From Octopus sinensis (Eukaryota): a stretch of DNA of 64,000 nucleotides. Shown one piece after another: positions 14,507 to 27,628 of this stretch. How positions within the stretch are numbered: position 1 is the stretch's first letter; every line of letters begins with the position of its first letter. Under the pieces are notes generated by a model. The model made no database searches, was not told where the DNA came from, and saw nothing but the letters and a program-made list of their open reading frames with translations. Position numbers and translations under genes: made by a program. The stretch lies in the NCBI RefSeq assembly GCF_006345805.1, contig NC_042997.1:186186001-186250000 (forward strand), written 5' to 3'.

Positions 14507-15189
14507 TTAATAATAATAATAATTGAACATTTCTTGAAATAGCAAAGAGAGTGTATTCTGTGGTGAAAATTTCAAAGCGAAAAGAAAACAAATTGGGAAA
14601 GAAGTATCGAGTGAGAAAGAGAGTCGGGAGAGAAAGAGATAAAGGAAGTTACAGAGAGAAAGAATGGTTCTGATGACAGGTGGTCAACAAGAAAGCGTTA
14701 GAAAGTAAATATCATAGCAAAGTGTCTAAAAAGAACAAAAACAGGGTAAAAGAGCCAGCACAGGCTGTTACATAGCTTTCAACAGAGCAGCGCCTTTAGA
14801 AGTAAAGCAATGATTTGGGTGTTGCAGTTTTGGGGAAATAAATATTGTTTGAAGTGAGTCAAGAACTGAAAAGAAAGTATTAAGCAGGGCTCTGTGAGAG
14901 ATAGACGTGGAATATAAATAAAAAGATAAAAAAATAAGGGACGAAAGAGTATAAAGAAGAATTATCTGTGGAGATTGTAATTCATTAATTCAAACGTGTA
15001 ATAGATATGACTGGGAATATCTGAGGAAGGTAGGTTGAGGAAAATCGCAGAAGCCTAATGTGTTTGCGCCTAAGCGCACGTGGGCGTTGTACGTGTATGT
15101 GCGTGTGTATATGCATGAGTGTAGATGTGTGTGCGCTGTGTGCGAATATATATATGTGTGTGTGTATGTATGTATATATATATATATAT

Positions 15190-15552
15190 ACTAGCAGTAT
15201 CGCCCGGCGTTGCTCGGGTTTGTAAGGGAAATAACTATATAAGCATTTTTAGAGAGTTATAGCCAAAAAATAGCAAAAAAATGCATTAAAAATGGGAAAA
15301 AAATGACGGTAAATTTTTTTTTAATCGTTGATTCATCGTAGACATTTTTAGAGAGTTACTTCCCTTATATAATAGCGAAAAAATGCATTAAAACGGAAAA
15401 AAATGATGGTAAATTTTTTTTAAAATCGTAGACTCATCGTAGACTCATTCTAATACCCAGAAGGGCTCGATATGAATCACGACTATAAGATACCCGGTTT
15501 TGGTTAAACTGCACCGCAAGAGACAGACACACAACTTCTCTTTTATATATAA

Positions 15553-15555
<3 letters not shown>
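15190..15555 (+). mobile_element. Helitron-like non-autonomous element, subfamily 1
   Basis: 5' actagcagtatcgcccggcgttgctcgggtttg; internal duplicated block; 3' gacagacacacaac..ttttatata. Confidence 0.6.
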
Positions 15556-15590
<35 letters not shown>

Positions 15591-15595
15591 ATATA

Positions 15596-15782
15596 TAGGT
15601 GCAGGAGTGGCTGTGTGGTAAGTAGCTTGCCTACCAACCACATTGTTCCGGGTTCATTCCCACTGAGTGGCACCTTGGGCAAATGTCTTCTACAATACCC
15701 TCGGGCAGACCAAAGACTTGTGAGTGGATTTGGTAGACGGAAATTGAAAGAATCCCGTCGTATATATGTAAGTATATATATC

Positions 15783-15819
<37 letters not shown>

Positions 15820-16248
15820 CTGTGTTTGTCCTCCCAACATCGCTTCACAACCGATGCTGGTGTGTTTCAGTCATTTGACTTTGGCGATGCTGGAGCACCG
15901 CCTTTAGTCGAGCAAATCAACCCCAGGACTTATTCTTTGTATGCCCAGTACTTATTCTATCGGTCTCTTTTGCCGAACCGCTACGTTAAGGGAACGTAAA
16001 CACGCCAGCATCGATTGTCAAGCGTTGTTGCTGGGACAATCACAGCCACACAAACACACACACACATACATATATACATATATACGACGGGCTTCTTTCA
16101 GTTTCCATCTGCCAGATCCACTCACAAGGCTTTGGTCGGCCCGAGGCTATAGTAGAAGAGACTTGCCCAAGGTGCCATGCAGTGGGACTGAACCCGGAAC
16201 CATGTGATTGGTAAGTAAGCTACTTACCACACAGCCACTCCTGCGCCT
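15596..16248. mobile_element. Two family A SINEs tail-to-tail (+ 15596-15863; - 15864-16248)
   Basis: Homology to family A. Confidence 0.9.
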
Positions 16249-16306
16249 ATGTATGAGTAACTGCCAACTTTCCTCGGAATAACCTGCGCAGATCTGCACA
16301 AACATA

Positions 16307-16541
16307 AGGCGATGAGCTGGCAGAAACGTTAGTACGCCGGGCGAAATTTTTAGCGGTATTTCGTCTGCCGTTACGTTCTGAGTTCAAATTCCGCCGAGGT
16401 CGACTTTGCCTTTCATCCTTTCGGGGTCAATTTAATAAGTGCCAGTTACGCACGGGGGTCAATATAATCGACTTAATCTGTTTGTCTGTCCTTGTTTGTC
16501 CTCTCTGTGTTTAGCCCCTTGTGGGTAGTAAAGAAATAGGT
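16307..16541 (+). mobile_element. SINE family B, full length
   Basis: aaggcgatgagctggcagaaacgttag ... gtagtaaagaaatagg. Confidence 0.92.
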
Positions 16542-16687
16542 CTGCACAAACATATACAGATTCGATCAATCCTTAATTGATCAAACAGATTGAAGGTGTA
16601 GTAATTACGTAATTGATTTTAAGATATAATGAATTTCGGACAACATTATCCAATTAGGTGTTCTTCCTGTTCTTAATAAAGGCGAAA

Positions 16688-17709
16688 TTTGAGGGACATT
16701 TTTACTGTTATTTCTGCTATAAAAACGACTATATCAGAGCAACTCTGGTGAGTTCACGATTAATCAACCTGAGGTGAGGAAGATATGGCTTCTATTTCCA
16801 GCATAGATTGAGACGTCCCAGTGTGCTGCTGTTACTGACCAGTGAAACACAGTTGGACATTTTGAGGGACATTTTTACTGTTATTTCTGCTATAAAAACG
16901 ACTATATCAGAACAACTCTGGTGAGTTCACGATTAATCAACCTGAGGTGAGGAAGATATGGCTTCTATTTCCAGCAGATTGAGAGTCCTCAGTGTGCTGC
17001 TGTTACTGACCAGTGAAACACAGTTGGACATTTTGAGGGACATTTTTACTGTTATTTCTGCTATAAAAACGACTATATCAGAACAACTCTGGTGAGTTCA
17101 CGATTAATCAACCTGAGGTGAGGAAGATATGGCTTCTTTTCCAGCAGATTGAGAGTCTCAGTGTGCTGCTGTTACTGACCAGTGAAACACAGTTGGACAT
17201 TTTGAGGGACATTTTTACTGTTATTTCTGCTATAAAAACGACTATATCAGAACACCTCTGGTGAGTTCACGATTAATCAACCTGAGGTGAGGAAGATATG
17301 GCTTCTATTTCCAGCAGATCGAGAGTCCTCAGTGTGCTGCTGTTACTGACCAGTGAAACACAGTTGGACATTTTGAGGGACATTTTTACTGTTATTTCTG
17401 CTATAAAAACGACTATATCAGAACACCTCTGGTGAGTTCGCGATTAATCAACCTGAGGTGAGGAAGATATGGCTTCTATTTCCAGCAGATCGAGAGTCCT
17501 CAGTGTGCTGCTGTTACTGACCAGTGAAACACAGTTGGACATTTTGAGGGACATTTTTACTGTTATTTCTGCTATAAAAACGACTATATCAGAACACCTC
17601 TGGTGAGTTCACGATTAATCAACCTGAGGTGAGGAAAATATGGCTTCTATTTCCAGCAGATTGAGAGTCCTCAGTGTGCTGCTGTTACTGACCAGTGAAA
17701 CACAGTTGG
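16688..17709. repeat. Tandem repeat, 6 copies of ~171 bp
   Basis: tttgagggac recurs at 16688, 16861, 17032, 17201, 17372, 17543; units are nearly identical. Confidence 0.95.
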
Positions 17710-18522
17710 GATACAGATTCTACCCGCACATTACATTAATCATTAACATTCACCGCCAGGTGGATACCTTACTTGACTGACTAAATTGTCATTCCACAAT
17801 GATAATATATAAGAATTTATGTATGTGTTAAGTGTATATGTGTGTGTGAGCGTATGTATGAGTATATACGTATGTTTGTATATATGCAAATTAGAACGTA
17901 TTTGGACAGATACGTATGTATATATGTATGGCTGTCATGTTTATTTGTATACATCTCTGCGTATATCTTGTTTACATATATGAGTGCGCGTGTGTATTCT
18001 GTGTGTGTATATATGTGCGCACGTATAATTACATACAAGTATACTCAACTAATTGGGAAACTATGAGATAAGATATAACCGCAAAGGATATCGGCATATA
18101 CAAATTGGTCAGACTCCCCTTTCTTGTCTAAATATTTACTGACAATCCCAAATATATAGCTGTGTGCATGTATATATATTTATATATATATATATATATA
18201 TGTCTGTGTGTGTGTGTGTGTGTATGTGTGTGTGTGTGTGTGACTATGTGTATGTATGTGTATGTATGTGTATTAGTGTGTTTGCGTGTGAAAATTTATG
18301 TATGTATATATATATATGTGTGTGTGTTTGTGTGTGTGTGTATGTGTGTATGTGTATACGCACAAATCTCGGTTTGAACAGAAGTGAGTATATGTGTTTG
18401 AGGTGTTTGTTGTAACGTCTGTGTATTTCCACATATATAACTCAATCATATATTACGTACATACATACCACACATACATGCATACATACATACATACATA
18501 CATATATACATACATACATACA

Positions 18523-18555
<33 letters not shown>

Positions 18556-18589
18556 GCATACATACATTTTTTATGGCTGCCCCCTCGTT

Positions 18590-19560
18590 ATCGAGTATGA
18601 CCATTGTACGAAGCTTAACTGTTACTGGTGCTGTGATCGAATGTGACTTTTTAGCCCAGCCAAATATCTACAATGTCTTGTACAAAATTGGCAACTAAAA
18701 CCTTTACCGGTAATAGCCGGCTGTAGTTGTAACTGGGCTTCATGTACCTTTGCATGTCGTTTAAGTCCTCCTGCCGAATTACACTCTCTTCCACATGCCC
18801 GACAGATATGATTAGTATAGTGTGTTACATCACCACCAGTGGCCAGGTTGTCACTCATCTGTCTCATTTTATGACTACGAAGATGACTCATGAGTCCAGC
18901 TTTACTGAGGCAGGGTCTTGCACAGACACTGCATGTCAGAATCAAAGGAAGACGCTTCCCCTCTGGAAGTGTAACAGCGATGCCCTTCCTGACATCCCTC
19001 CTTACCTTCTCATGTGCAACTCGAGATTTCTCAAACGTGGCTGTCCCCTCATGCACAATCCTTCTCCACCTGCTACGATCAATAGCTATGCCTTCCCATG
19101 TGTCAGGAGAGATGCAAGCATCTCTTAAGGAAGCCTTCAGCAAGTCCTTATACCTCTTTTTTGGTTTATGTGGAGATCGTTCTCCTTTGGCTAACTTTCC
19201 ATAAAAGAGTTGTTTTGGCATCCTTGAATCCTTCATTCTGACCAGATGACCACTCCATCTGAGCCTTTGCTTTAACACATGAGCTTTTATACTTTCACAC
19301 CGAGAGCCTTCGAGTATTTCAAGATCACTGATGCGGTCCTTTCACTTAATGCTATAGATCCGTCTGAGGCACATCTGATGGAAACGTTACAGTTGGTTAA
19401 GGTGGTATCAATATGTGACCCACGTCTCGCAGGCATAGAGAAGAGAAGGAAGCACACATGCCTTGTACACCTTTATCTTTGTCTTTCTGCATATGTCTCA
19501 CACACACTATTAAGGAATCAAATGAATCATGTACTTAAATGATAGGCACCAAGCTGGGTC
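18590..19560 (-). pseudogene. 5'-truncated RTE (BovB-like) LINE: RT thumb and C-terminus with three C2H2 fingers
   Basis: KVYKACVLPSLLYACETW, QRLRWSGHLVRMKDSRMPKQLFYG, KRYKDLLKASL; ORF 18622-19278 is open, upstream part has stops. Confidence 0.92.
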
Positions 19561-20070
19561 GAATTAACTTGTAAACAGCACTTTTAGTCGAATAAATATC
19601 ATGGGTACCTAAATATATCCAGTGAAATATTCAGGTTATGTATACAGGGAATTTAACCCTCATGAGTATTTTAATAGCCTAAGGGCTAATCTAATAGTAT
19701 ACGTTGTTTTGGTCGTACGGTATTTGGTATACTCCAGAAAATCCGACGGGTCGGGATTCCAGTGAGATGTATTTTGAACAAATAAATAACAAACGATGTA
19801 TACGCGTCACTTCATTACAGCTGTTTCCAACTTATTTCTATAATAGATTAATGAGTACTTTACCTGGAATCAGGTTTGGCTCGCCCACTGGGGTAAAATG
19901 TAGTTCTTATATTCTCTGAAATATTGTTTATCATCTGAAGAAAGCGGGTTTGTTTTGGTTATGATGTAATGTAGTCATTAATCTATTAAAAAATCTGTTG
20001 GAAGCAGCTATAATGAATTAACTCGTATCCATCGTTTGTTATATATTTGTATATATATATAGTTATAAAT

Positions 20071-20255
20071 ATAATTAAGGGTTTAGTAACAAGTTGCTTC
20101 ACAGAAAGAGCAGCCAAAGACAGCTAAATCTTTTAAATACAAGTATGACTCCACTGTGAAGTCATATTTGTAGTTAAAAGAATTAGCTGTCTTTGGCTGG
20201 TATTTCTAAATTTTGGGTATGTGGTGAAGCAACTTGTTGCTAAACCCTTAATTAT
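20071..20255. repeat. ~185-bp foldback hairpin (MITE-like)
   Basis: ataattaagggtttagtaacaagttgcttcac / gtgaagcaacttgttgctaaacccttaattat, with nested inner inverted repeats. Confidence 0.85.
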
Positions 20256-20388
20256 ATTCATAATTATATATATAAAAAAAAAATTTTTTTATAAGTTTTT
20301 ACCGATAGTGGTTTTTTCCATACCGAAACTACTTAGTAAAATTTATTAATTATTAGATTAATAATTCTTTACCCTATATCTGTAATGA

Positions 20389-20459
<71 letters not shown>

Positions 20460-20955
20460 TATATATCGAAACAAAGTGAGATTATTAAGAGATTTGTAAC
20501 CCAGGCGAAATACTTCTTAAGCTCTCGGTAGATAAAGATGCACCAGGCTTATACAAATGTCTTGTGATCCGTCTTGCTCTCCCAGTAATCCAAATCAAAG
20601 TCCATCACCACTGAAGTTTATAAATCCATGGTCTCAAAATCCAGTTTATTTGGTATGTTTTTACAGACTGATGTACAAAATAAACAGAAATAACGGGTTA
20701 TATACATATATTTATTTATTTATTATAATTTAAGCTGATTCAGATATGTTTGGGTGCGTTCATGGTTTCATCTCATTAATCAATCGGTTGAGCAACTAAA
20801 AATATAGTGAACCAACAGCCCAAGTCTATCTTCCTCAGAGCGGAGATAAATTCGGGCCGCTGGTTCCCAATATTTTCAGTCTTTCAATCTATTTATTGAC
20901 AAGACTGAGGTATGAACACACCTAAACGTATATCTGAAACATTTGTAAACCTGTA

Positions 20956-21328
20956 ATTTCTCTCTATATATAGCTGAAGTTGTCTGTGTATGACAGGTTT
21001 GGTAGCTTTGAACTAACACTATTTCCTCCGAGACCCTGCGGCACAAGTTGACCAAAATTGAAAGTATGATAGAAGAAGGCTGGCTCTTTCTTCTGTAGAA
21101 GAAAAATTCAAATCGGATCATGTTAACACAAAAATAATTTACATCAAAAGGTGCTTTTTTTTTTACGAGTTTTTGACTGCTGTGTCACCATTTTTCGGTG
21201 TATTTCAACCAGAAAAATGTTCACTTAAAGAGAATAACAAGCTACATAATGCAAAATTTTTACTTTTCAAAAATTCCAATTCTAAAGGGTTGAAACAAAC
21301 CCGAGCAACGCCAGGCGATACTACTAGT
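20956..21328 (-). mobile_element. Helitron-like element, subfamily 3
   Basis: Same 5' ~35 bp, different interior, similar cacagacaacttc..tatatag end. Confidence 0.55.
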
Positions 21329-21924
21329 AAATAGCAATCATTCATGTCTATGTGTATTTGTGTGAGTTTGTGTGTGTGTGTGTGTGTGTTCGTTATTCGC
21401 GACAGAAGCATTATTAGTTCAAAATAGCAATCTGAGTTCAATACTTAAGGAGGGCAAAGCGTTAAAAGCCTTATATACTGAGGCATTCGTTTGGCGAGAG
21501 CATTTCCTATAGATCCATTCGTGTTAGAAAGCAGAGAATTATAGGAGATGAAAACCATTCGGCAATGGTGGTGACATGGCAGAAAATGTAAATTTGCCGC
21601 TTTGGCCTTCGTCAGAAGCTAATATCCACTGGCATCTGCATCTGAGTTTAAAAATTTTACTGATAGGATTATATCTGCTTGCAGAAACCCATGATCGAAT
21701 TAGCTCCCGTCCGTAAGCAACCCATGTATCTGTTGCCCTTACAATTATGTTATTCAAAATATCTGTCATTTTTAAAGAATCTAGGGTATAGTTCGAATGA
21801 TATTTGGCTGCCATTTCTAACAAGTCGAAAGCTCATGCAGGGTCCCTCCCCTGTCATTGATTCGTTGTTTTTTTATTTCATATTTTTTTATTTGTTTATA
21901 TCTATCTTTCTCTTTCATTCTTTT

Positions 21925-22262
21925 ACTTGTTTCAATCATTAGACAGCGGCCATGCTGGAGCACCACCTTTAGTCAAGTAAATCGACCCAGGTCTTATTCT
22001 ATCGGTCCCTTTGGCCGAACAGCTAAGTTACGGAGACGTAAACACGCCAGCACAGGTTGTCAAGTGATGTGGCTAGGGGACAAACCCAGACACAAACACA
22101 CACACACTCGACGGGCTTCTTTCAGTTTCCGTCTACCAAACCCACTCACAAGGCTTTGGTCGGCCCGGGGCTATAATAGAAGACACTTGCTCAATGTGCC
22201 ACGCAGTAGGACTGAACCCGGAACCATGTGGTTGGTAAGCAAGCTACTTACCACACAGCCAC
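21925..22262 (-). mobile_element. SINE family A
   Basis: Homology to family A. Confidence 0.9.
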
Positions 22263-22328
22263 TTCATTTATTGTTGCTGCTGCGGATAATGCTGTCGCTG
22301 CTGCTGCTGCCACTACAACTACTACTAC

Positions 22329-22440
<112 letters not shown>

Positions 22441-22696
22441 TAATCATACCACAGCTGCTGCTACTGTTGCTGCTAAGAGCCCTATGATGTGTATGAATTT
22501 GCTTCTGGGAAATTTTGATTTCCCAGTGATGATAATAGTGGAGACAGTTGGTGTAGATAAGGATCAAAGGTGATAATAAAAGGGGAGTTCATTTCATATT
22601 GGTATTCTTTACCGAAATGACTTTTAAAGACTACATAATTAGGTTTCTGTTGATACGGGAGAGGGGATATATGTCTTTTGCTGTTGTTTTATCTAT

Positions 22697-22754
<58 letters not shown>

Positions 22755-22756
22755 AT

Positions 22757-22806
<50 letters not shown>

Positions 22807-23303
22807 ATGTATATATACATATACATATATACGTACCGTTTTCTTTTGTCCTTTTCGATAATAATGTAGATGTTACTGTCCAAATTTCTAGTTCCAGTAG
22901 AAAATTATGTAAATATATGAGTACATATTTGCAAATATATGTGGATGATATTTCTGTGTAACATGTAAGTGTCTGTGCGTAATAATTATATATATATATA
23001 TCTGTGTGTGTGTGTATTCATATACACACATATACATATAAATGTACGTATGTGTATATATATACACATACATACATACATATGTATACACGCACAAATA
23101 TATACAAACTGATGTTGTGTATGGTGTATAAATATATTGGCACGGATATATTTATATGTGTACATATATATATATATATGTGTATATATGTGTGTATGTA
23201 TTTCTGTGTTTCAGTATGCAACAAGATAGATATATACACATGTATATGTGTATTCATAAATATATATATTTACATACATACTGACACATACATACACATG
23301 TAA

Positions 23304-23348
<45 letters not shown>

Positions 23349-24024
23349 ATATATATATACATACATACATTAGTGTATAAGTGCCTGTGTATATAATATT
23401 ATTTCTCTTATATCTCGGAGCATCGGTGTAAATCCAATCAATAATGTATGTATATATGTACGTATGTCTATATATATGTATATGTCAGTGTGTGTGTGTT
23501 TGTATGTCTATACTTATATGTATATGTCTGTGTGTGTATGTATATATGTTTAAGAATGTATAGAAATAATTAGTCACCAAAGTATCTATTTGTAAGAGCT
23601 TGTGTACATGAGCATTTTGCTAGTCTATACCTATCAATCGATTTGTCAGTCTATCATTAGTATCATCAAAATCCATTATTCAAACCCTACATCAGATAAC
23701 CAACCATTGTATTTATTACATACTACTGACCTTCGAAGAATTTTTTTTTGCCTTCGATTATAATATATAATGACAGGTGCAAAACCTTATTAACCCTAAA
23801 CCTATCCCATTTAGTTTCATAGGTTCAAAGAATCATTGATATTTATTAGCATAGTCTGAGAGTTGAAAATGTATACTTCACTTGTTAAAATCCCTTCCAC
23901 TTTCGAAGTTTACTTATAAATATGTGTCAGGGGCTCACTGTATGTGTGTCGCACATAAAAGTGTGTATGGTAGGTATATGTACACGCACACAGACATACA
24001 TATAGTGATAAATATAAGTCCAAG

Positions 24025-24178
24025 TTGTGGCTCTGTGGTAAGAAGCTCGCTTTCCAACCACATGGTTCCGGGTTCAGTCCCAATGCGTGGGCACTGAACC
24101 CAAGTGTCTTCTACTATAGCCTCGGGCCGACTAAAGCCTTGTGAGTGGAATTGGCAGGCGGAAACTGAAAGAAGCTCG

Positions 24179-24220
<42 letters not shown>

Positions 24221-24370
24221 ATATGCATCATTTATATATATACATGTATGCATTTATTTATTTGTGTCTGTGTTTGTCTCCCACCATCGCTTGACAACCA
24301 ATGTTCGTGTGTTTACGTCCCTGTATCTTAGCAGTTCGGTAAAAGCGACCGATAGAATAAGCACTAGGCA
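24025..24370 (+). mobile_element. SINE family A (3' truncated)
   Basis: Homology to family A. Confidence 0.85.
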
Positions 24371-24669
24371 CTGTATCTCGACGGCACACCTAAGATTCTA
24401 TGAAATAGTTGAGTGTCCATGTCTAAGCACGTATCTATGTATGATTTTTCTGTAGTTTTATTAAGTTTTCCTTGAGAGAGTACAAGCCGGTCGCTAAGAA
24501 TTGAGTTAAGAAAGTTCCCAGTTTTTTGGGTTTTTTTAAAGTGGTTGAATTTGCGTGTTGGATGAACCGTCGATGCATACACCCAAATGTATGCATCTAT
24601 TCACATGAGAATCTCAGATAGAAAATTTTTGGTATGTTTTACGAATCTTCGCTGTGTCACTAGTCGATT

Positions 24670-24970
24670 GTATGTATGTATGTATGTATGTATGTATGTA
24701 TGTATGTTGTATGTAGTAGGTAGGTAGGTAGGTAGGTAGGTAGGTAGGTCGGTCGGTCGGTCGGTAGGTAGGTAGGTAGGTAGGTAGGTAAGTAGGTAGG
24801 TAGGTAGGTAGGAAGGTAGGTAGGAAGGTAGGTAGGTAGATAGGTAGATATGTATGTAGGTAGGTAGGTAGGTGTAGGTAGGTAGGTAGGTAGGTAGGTA
24901 GGTAGGTATGGAGATAGGCAAGTAGAAATATATATATAGGTAGGTAAGCAAACAGGAAGGCAGGCAGGTA
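24670..24970. repeat. (TATG)n/(TAGG)n tract
   Basis: Direct reading. Confidence 0.95.
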
Positions 24971-24994
24971 TATCGATAGAAATATTTACGCATG

Positions 24995-25372
24995 GTAGGA
25001 GTGGCTGTGTGGTATGTAGCTTGCTTACCAATCACATGGTTCCGGGTTCAGTCCCACTGTCTTCTCCTATAGCCTCGGACCGACCAAAGCCTTGGATTTG
25101 GTGGACGGAGACTGAAAAAAGCCCGTCGTATATATATATATTTATATATGTGTGTGTGTATGTCTGTGTGTCTGCGTTTGTCCCCCCAACATCGCTTGAC
25201 AACCGATGCTGGTGTGTTTACGTCCCGTAACTTAGCGGTTCGGCTAAAGTGACCGATAGAATAAGTACTAGGCTTACAAAGAATAAATCCTGGGGGGGGG
25301 GTCGATTTGCTCGACTAAAGGCGGTGCTCCAGCATGGCCACAGTCATATGACTGAAACAAGTAGAAGAGAGA
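24995..25372 (+). mobile_element. SINE family A
   Basis: Homology to family A. Confidence 0.9.
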
Positions 25373-25845
25373 GAAAGTGTATAAGAGTATGAAGCTTTTT
25401 ACTGATATAAACACATTGAAGATGTTAATATCCATCCATCCTGTCCCAAATTATGGTCTCAGTAGTCGTGCTTTATTTGCATTTTAGACACTGTCTGGTT
25501 TGTATACGAAAATATCCAAGATTTGTTACCATAATTTTTGGTCACTCTACTTGTGTTCACAATATTTTCATGGGACATGCATCCATCAATAACTATGTTG
25601 TTGTAGCATTTATCTTGAAGAACAAGACAGGCAGAAGGACTATTGGCAGAAAAAATATTTGATGTGGGAGGCACGTTTTCACGTTTTAAGCTAAAATGTA
25701 TGAATATTTCATACATCTACGTTTTTTGCATCTACTGTAAAAGCTGTTCTTAACTGCAGCTGTTTCTCAACATTACAAATATCTTTGCATTGGCAAGAAA
25801 GAAATTATGAATCATTTATGTGTTTCTTGCTCTTTGTATACACCA

Positions 25846-26037
25846 ATACGAAGGGTGAAAAAAGAGAATACTGGAGTTAATTATGATTTTATTCAACATA
25901 TTCCCCTCTCAGATTCGCACACTTATTGCAGCGGTCCTTCAGTTTTTGTAAGCCCAGTAAAAAGAACTCGGAAGGTTGGACCTCAAACCAGGCTTTCCGC
26001 GGCGCCCTTAAAGCCAGGAACTTTTCACCACCCAACC

Positions 26038-26040
<3 letters not shown>
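25846..26040 (-). mobile_element. Mariner-derived MITE (same family as 4633)
   Basis: aaagccaggaacttttcaccacc end; minus strand reads RCNKCANLRGEYVE*, similar to a mariner C-terminus. Confidence 0.7.
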
Positions 26041-26067
<27 letters not shown>

Positions 26068-26071
<4 letters not shown>

Positions 26072-26292
26072 GCAAGGGGTTTCTGAAAATTTCCTGGTTC
26101 TGCGTAAAAGAAAATACAGGAGGATCATTTAATTATGATTTTATTCAGCATATTCCCCTCTAAGATTCACACACTTATTGCAGCGTTCCTTTAGTTTTTG
26201 TAAACCCAGTAAAAAGAACTCGGAAAGTCGGGCCTTCAGCCTGGCCTTTTGCAACACCCTTAAAACAAGGCACTTTTCAGCAACTCCCCGTT
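26068..26292 (-). mobile_element. Adjacent second MITE copy
   Basis: Homologous to 25846-26040, with both TIR-like ends. Confidence 0.7.
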
Positions 26293-27224
26293 TATACACT
26301 TAATTTTCTAAAACAGATGACAGTGTGTTCTGTGCGAAAGCAAATGGAAATATAAATAGATTCCTCGTTTTGAACAAGGTAAATCATCAGAAGCAATGGT
26401 TGTGCTTCCTATTACAAGAGATAAGGGCCGTTGGCTACGACTTCCTAAACCTTCCGACTGCATCAATATGAACAAGTATTTTTGCTGAAAGGAAAAGATT
26501 CCAGATATCACAGATGGGGAAAGTTCTATATTTTGTAAATGGATGTTATTATTATCAGCACCAATAACAAATAACTTCAGCAAGTAAATTTAGCTTTCTA
26601 CAAGCTTTTACAATATTCATACCAAAGTTTGCGTCTGCAGAACGTCGAAATATACACCCAATATTAAATTCGGTTTCTAGCACGCCAGGTAAAATGCTTA
26701 ATAGTATTTCGTCCGTCGTTATGTTCTGAATTCAAATTCTGGCGAGGTCGACTTTAGCTTTCATCCCCATGAGGTCGATAGAGCACTGGAGTCGATGTGA
26801 AACGGATACCCTCCCGCCACTGAACTTCCTGGCCTTATTCCACAATTTGAAAGTTATACTAAATCTGGTTCCTAGCACGCCGGGCAAAATGCTTGGCGGT
26901 ATTTCGTTCGTCCTTACGTTCTGAGTTCAAAATCTGCCGAGGGTTGACTTTAGGTTTCAATTCTTTGGCAATCTACAGAATAAATACCAGTTGTACACTG
27001 GGGTGGATGTAATCGACTAGCCTCTTTCCTCAAAATTGCTGGCCTTGTGCTAACATTTCAAAGCAATAGTCTGTCCGATTCCTTTCCATGCAAATTTTCC
27101 ATAGCCTTTGTGAATGCCTCGAAGAGTATGTATTCATGAAGAGCTATGGCATGTAGAGGTAATGTATGTGCGTGTATGCATGAATATAAGTATGTATATA
27201 AGTATGTGTATATATCCTTCTTTC

Positions 27225-27628
27225 TTTTATCTTTTTTATCTTTTTACTTGCTTCAGTCATTTGACTGCGGCCATGCTGGAGCACCACCTTTAGTCGAGCA
27301 AATCGACCCGGGACTTATTCTTTGTAAGCCCGGTACTTATTCTATCGGTCTCTTTTGCCGAACCGCTAAGTCACGGGGACGTAAACACACCAGCATCGGT
27401 TGTCAAGCAATGCTTGGAGACAAACACAGACACACAAACACACACATACATATATATACATATATACGACAGGCTTCTTTCAGTTCCTGTCTACCAAATC
27501 CACTCACAAGGCATTGGTCGGCCCGGGGCTATAGCAGAAGACACTTGCCCAAGATGCCACGCAGTGGGATTGAACCCGGAACAATATGGTGGTTAGCAAG
27601 CTACTTACCACACAGCCACTCCTGCGCC
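27225..27628 (-). mobile_element. SINE family A, full length
   Basis: Homology to family A. Confidence 0.92.

Noticed and set aside
16688-17709. CRISPR array or hammerhead in the 171-bp repeat (ctgagga…gaaa on minus; ctgacca..gaaac on plus)
   Set aside because: Units are whole-length repeats with no unique spacers, in a eukaryotic context; stems I and II cannot be formed around the core-like words
26317-26378. Candidate 62-nt exon (DSVFCAKANGNINRFLVLNK) with AG/GT ends
   Set aside because: No recognisable homology and no partner exons; splice-like sites are frequent by chance
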